A DNA stretch of 64,000 nt. Source: an uncultured bacterium. GTDB lineage: Bacteria > Chloroflexota > UBA5177 > JANWHV01. Positions within the stretch are counted from its first letter, which is position 1, and the number at the start of each line of letters is the position of its first letter. This document shows positions 63,175-64,000 of the stretch, piece by piece. The notes under the pieces are model-generated. The model searched no databases. It was not told where the DNA came from and worked only from the letters and a program-made list of their open reading frames with translations. Where the stretch lies: contig CAWHAE010000009.1 of NCBI GenBank assembly GCA_963827235.1, forward strand, positions 352,001-416,000, read 5' to 3'. The translations under genes were made by a program, and so were the position numbers.

Positions 63175-63906
63175 ATGGGAACCCATGGTCTCCCAAAGGA
63201 AGGGTTCGCAGGAGGGATCGGCATGCGCTCGTTGGGACTCCCTATCGTCTTTCTGGTCATGCTGCTCAAAGAGGCCGGCATTCCCATCCCGGTACCCGGC
63301 GACGTGATCATGCTGGGCGCGGCAGCCCGCGCGGCCAGCGGGCAATGGAATCTCGCGGCCGTGATCGCGGTCTTCGAGGTAGCGATGATCGCCGGAGGCA
63401 CCGCGCAGTACCTCCTGGCGCGCGGTCCCGGCCGGCGATTAGTTTATGGATTGGGCTGTCGCCTCGGCCTGACGAGCGATCGCCTTGATCGCGTCGCGCT
63501 TGGGCTCAAGCGCGGCGGATTCACCGCAGTCGCCATCGGCATGACCACTCCCGGCGTGCGCGCGGCGACGCTGGCAGCGTCGGGTCTGGCCGGCCTCCCG
63601 TTCCGCACCGTGGTACCGGCTCTGATAGCAGGCGACAGCGTGTTCTTCCTGCTCCACCTGGCCATCGGCTATGCGGGCGGTACCGGCATCGCGGCGCTGG
63701 CACGGAGCAGCCACGTCTCGTCGGGCGCCATGCTCGTGGTCGTATTAACAGCAGTGCTGCTGCTCGGGCTGGCTGGCTGGCTGTTCCTGCGCCGGCAGGG
63801 CGAGCGACGGAGCATAGGGGTGCCGCCGGCCGGCGCCGTTGTCGGCACCTGGCGGGAGGCTGCCTGCCCGGTCTGCCTGATGCTCGGCGCCGCGCGCGCC
63901 GAGTAG
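63175..63906 (+). CDS. DedA/VTT family membrane protein
   Basis: EAGIPIPVPGD, PGVR..SGLAGLPFRT; C-terminal CPVC. Confidence 0.85.
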   Translation: MGTHGLPKEGFAGGIGMRSLGLPIVFLVMLLKEAGIPIPVPGDVIMLGAAARAASGQWNLAAVIAVFEVAMIAGGTAQYLLARGPGRRLVYGLGCRLGLTSDRLDRVALGLKRGGFTAVAIGMTTPGVRAATLAASGLAGLPFRTVVPALIAGDSVFFLLHLAIGYAGGTGIAALARSSHVSSGAMLVVVLTAVLLLGLAGWLFLRRQGERRSIGVPPAGAVVGTWREAACPVCLMLGAARAE

Positions 63907-64000
63907 GGCGCTGTCCCTACGTCGGCTCATCTTGACCAGAACACGCTGTAGGGACATAGACTCGGCGGGGACCTGTTACTGGCAGCAGGCGCGCGCACTG

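Overview
High-GC (roughly two-thirds G+C by eye) bacterial chromosome segment. The gene repertoire resembles a soil heterotroph such as Chloroflexota, but taxonomy cannot be fixed from sequence alone. No rRNA, tRNA, CRISPR array, integrase or transposase was recognised. Contents: a PAS sensor kinase, a cluster of exported proteins including a clan GH-A-like protein lacking both catalytic Glu, two peptide-ABC clusters (one linked to anmK, a serine hydrolase and a murQ remnant), a GH32, a GalU-like gene plus a GHMP-kinase/UDP-sugar pyrophosphorylase fusion, a full-length yifB/comM, a DeoR-regulated FrlB/PfkB/GH36 catabolic locus, and TetR modules. Two features stand out. (1) Downstream of yifB/comM lie two further partial yifB copies carrying slightly different alleles, interleaved with cargo (Uma2, HigA, sugar-nucleotide and membrane genes); this looks like an integrase-free, yifB-anchored gene-capture array. 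(2) Across the window, several genes are collapsed by internal deletions that keep both ends, and the deletions that can be aligned fall at short direct repeats. All assignments come from manual motif reading; no database searches were run.
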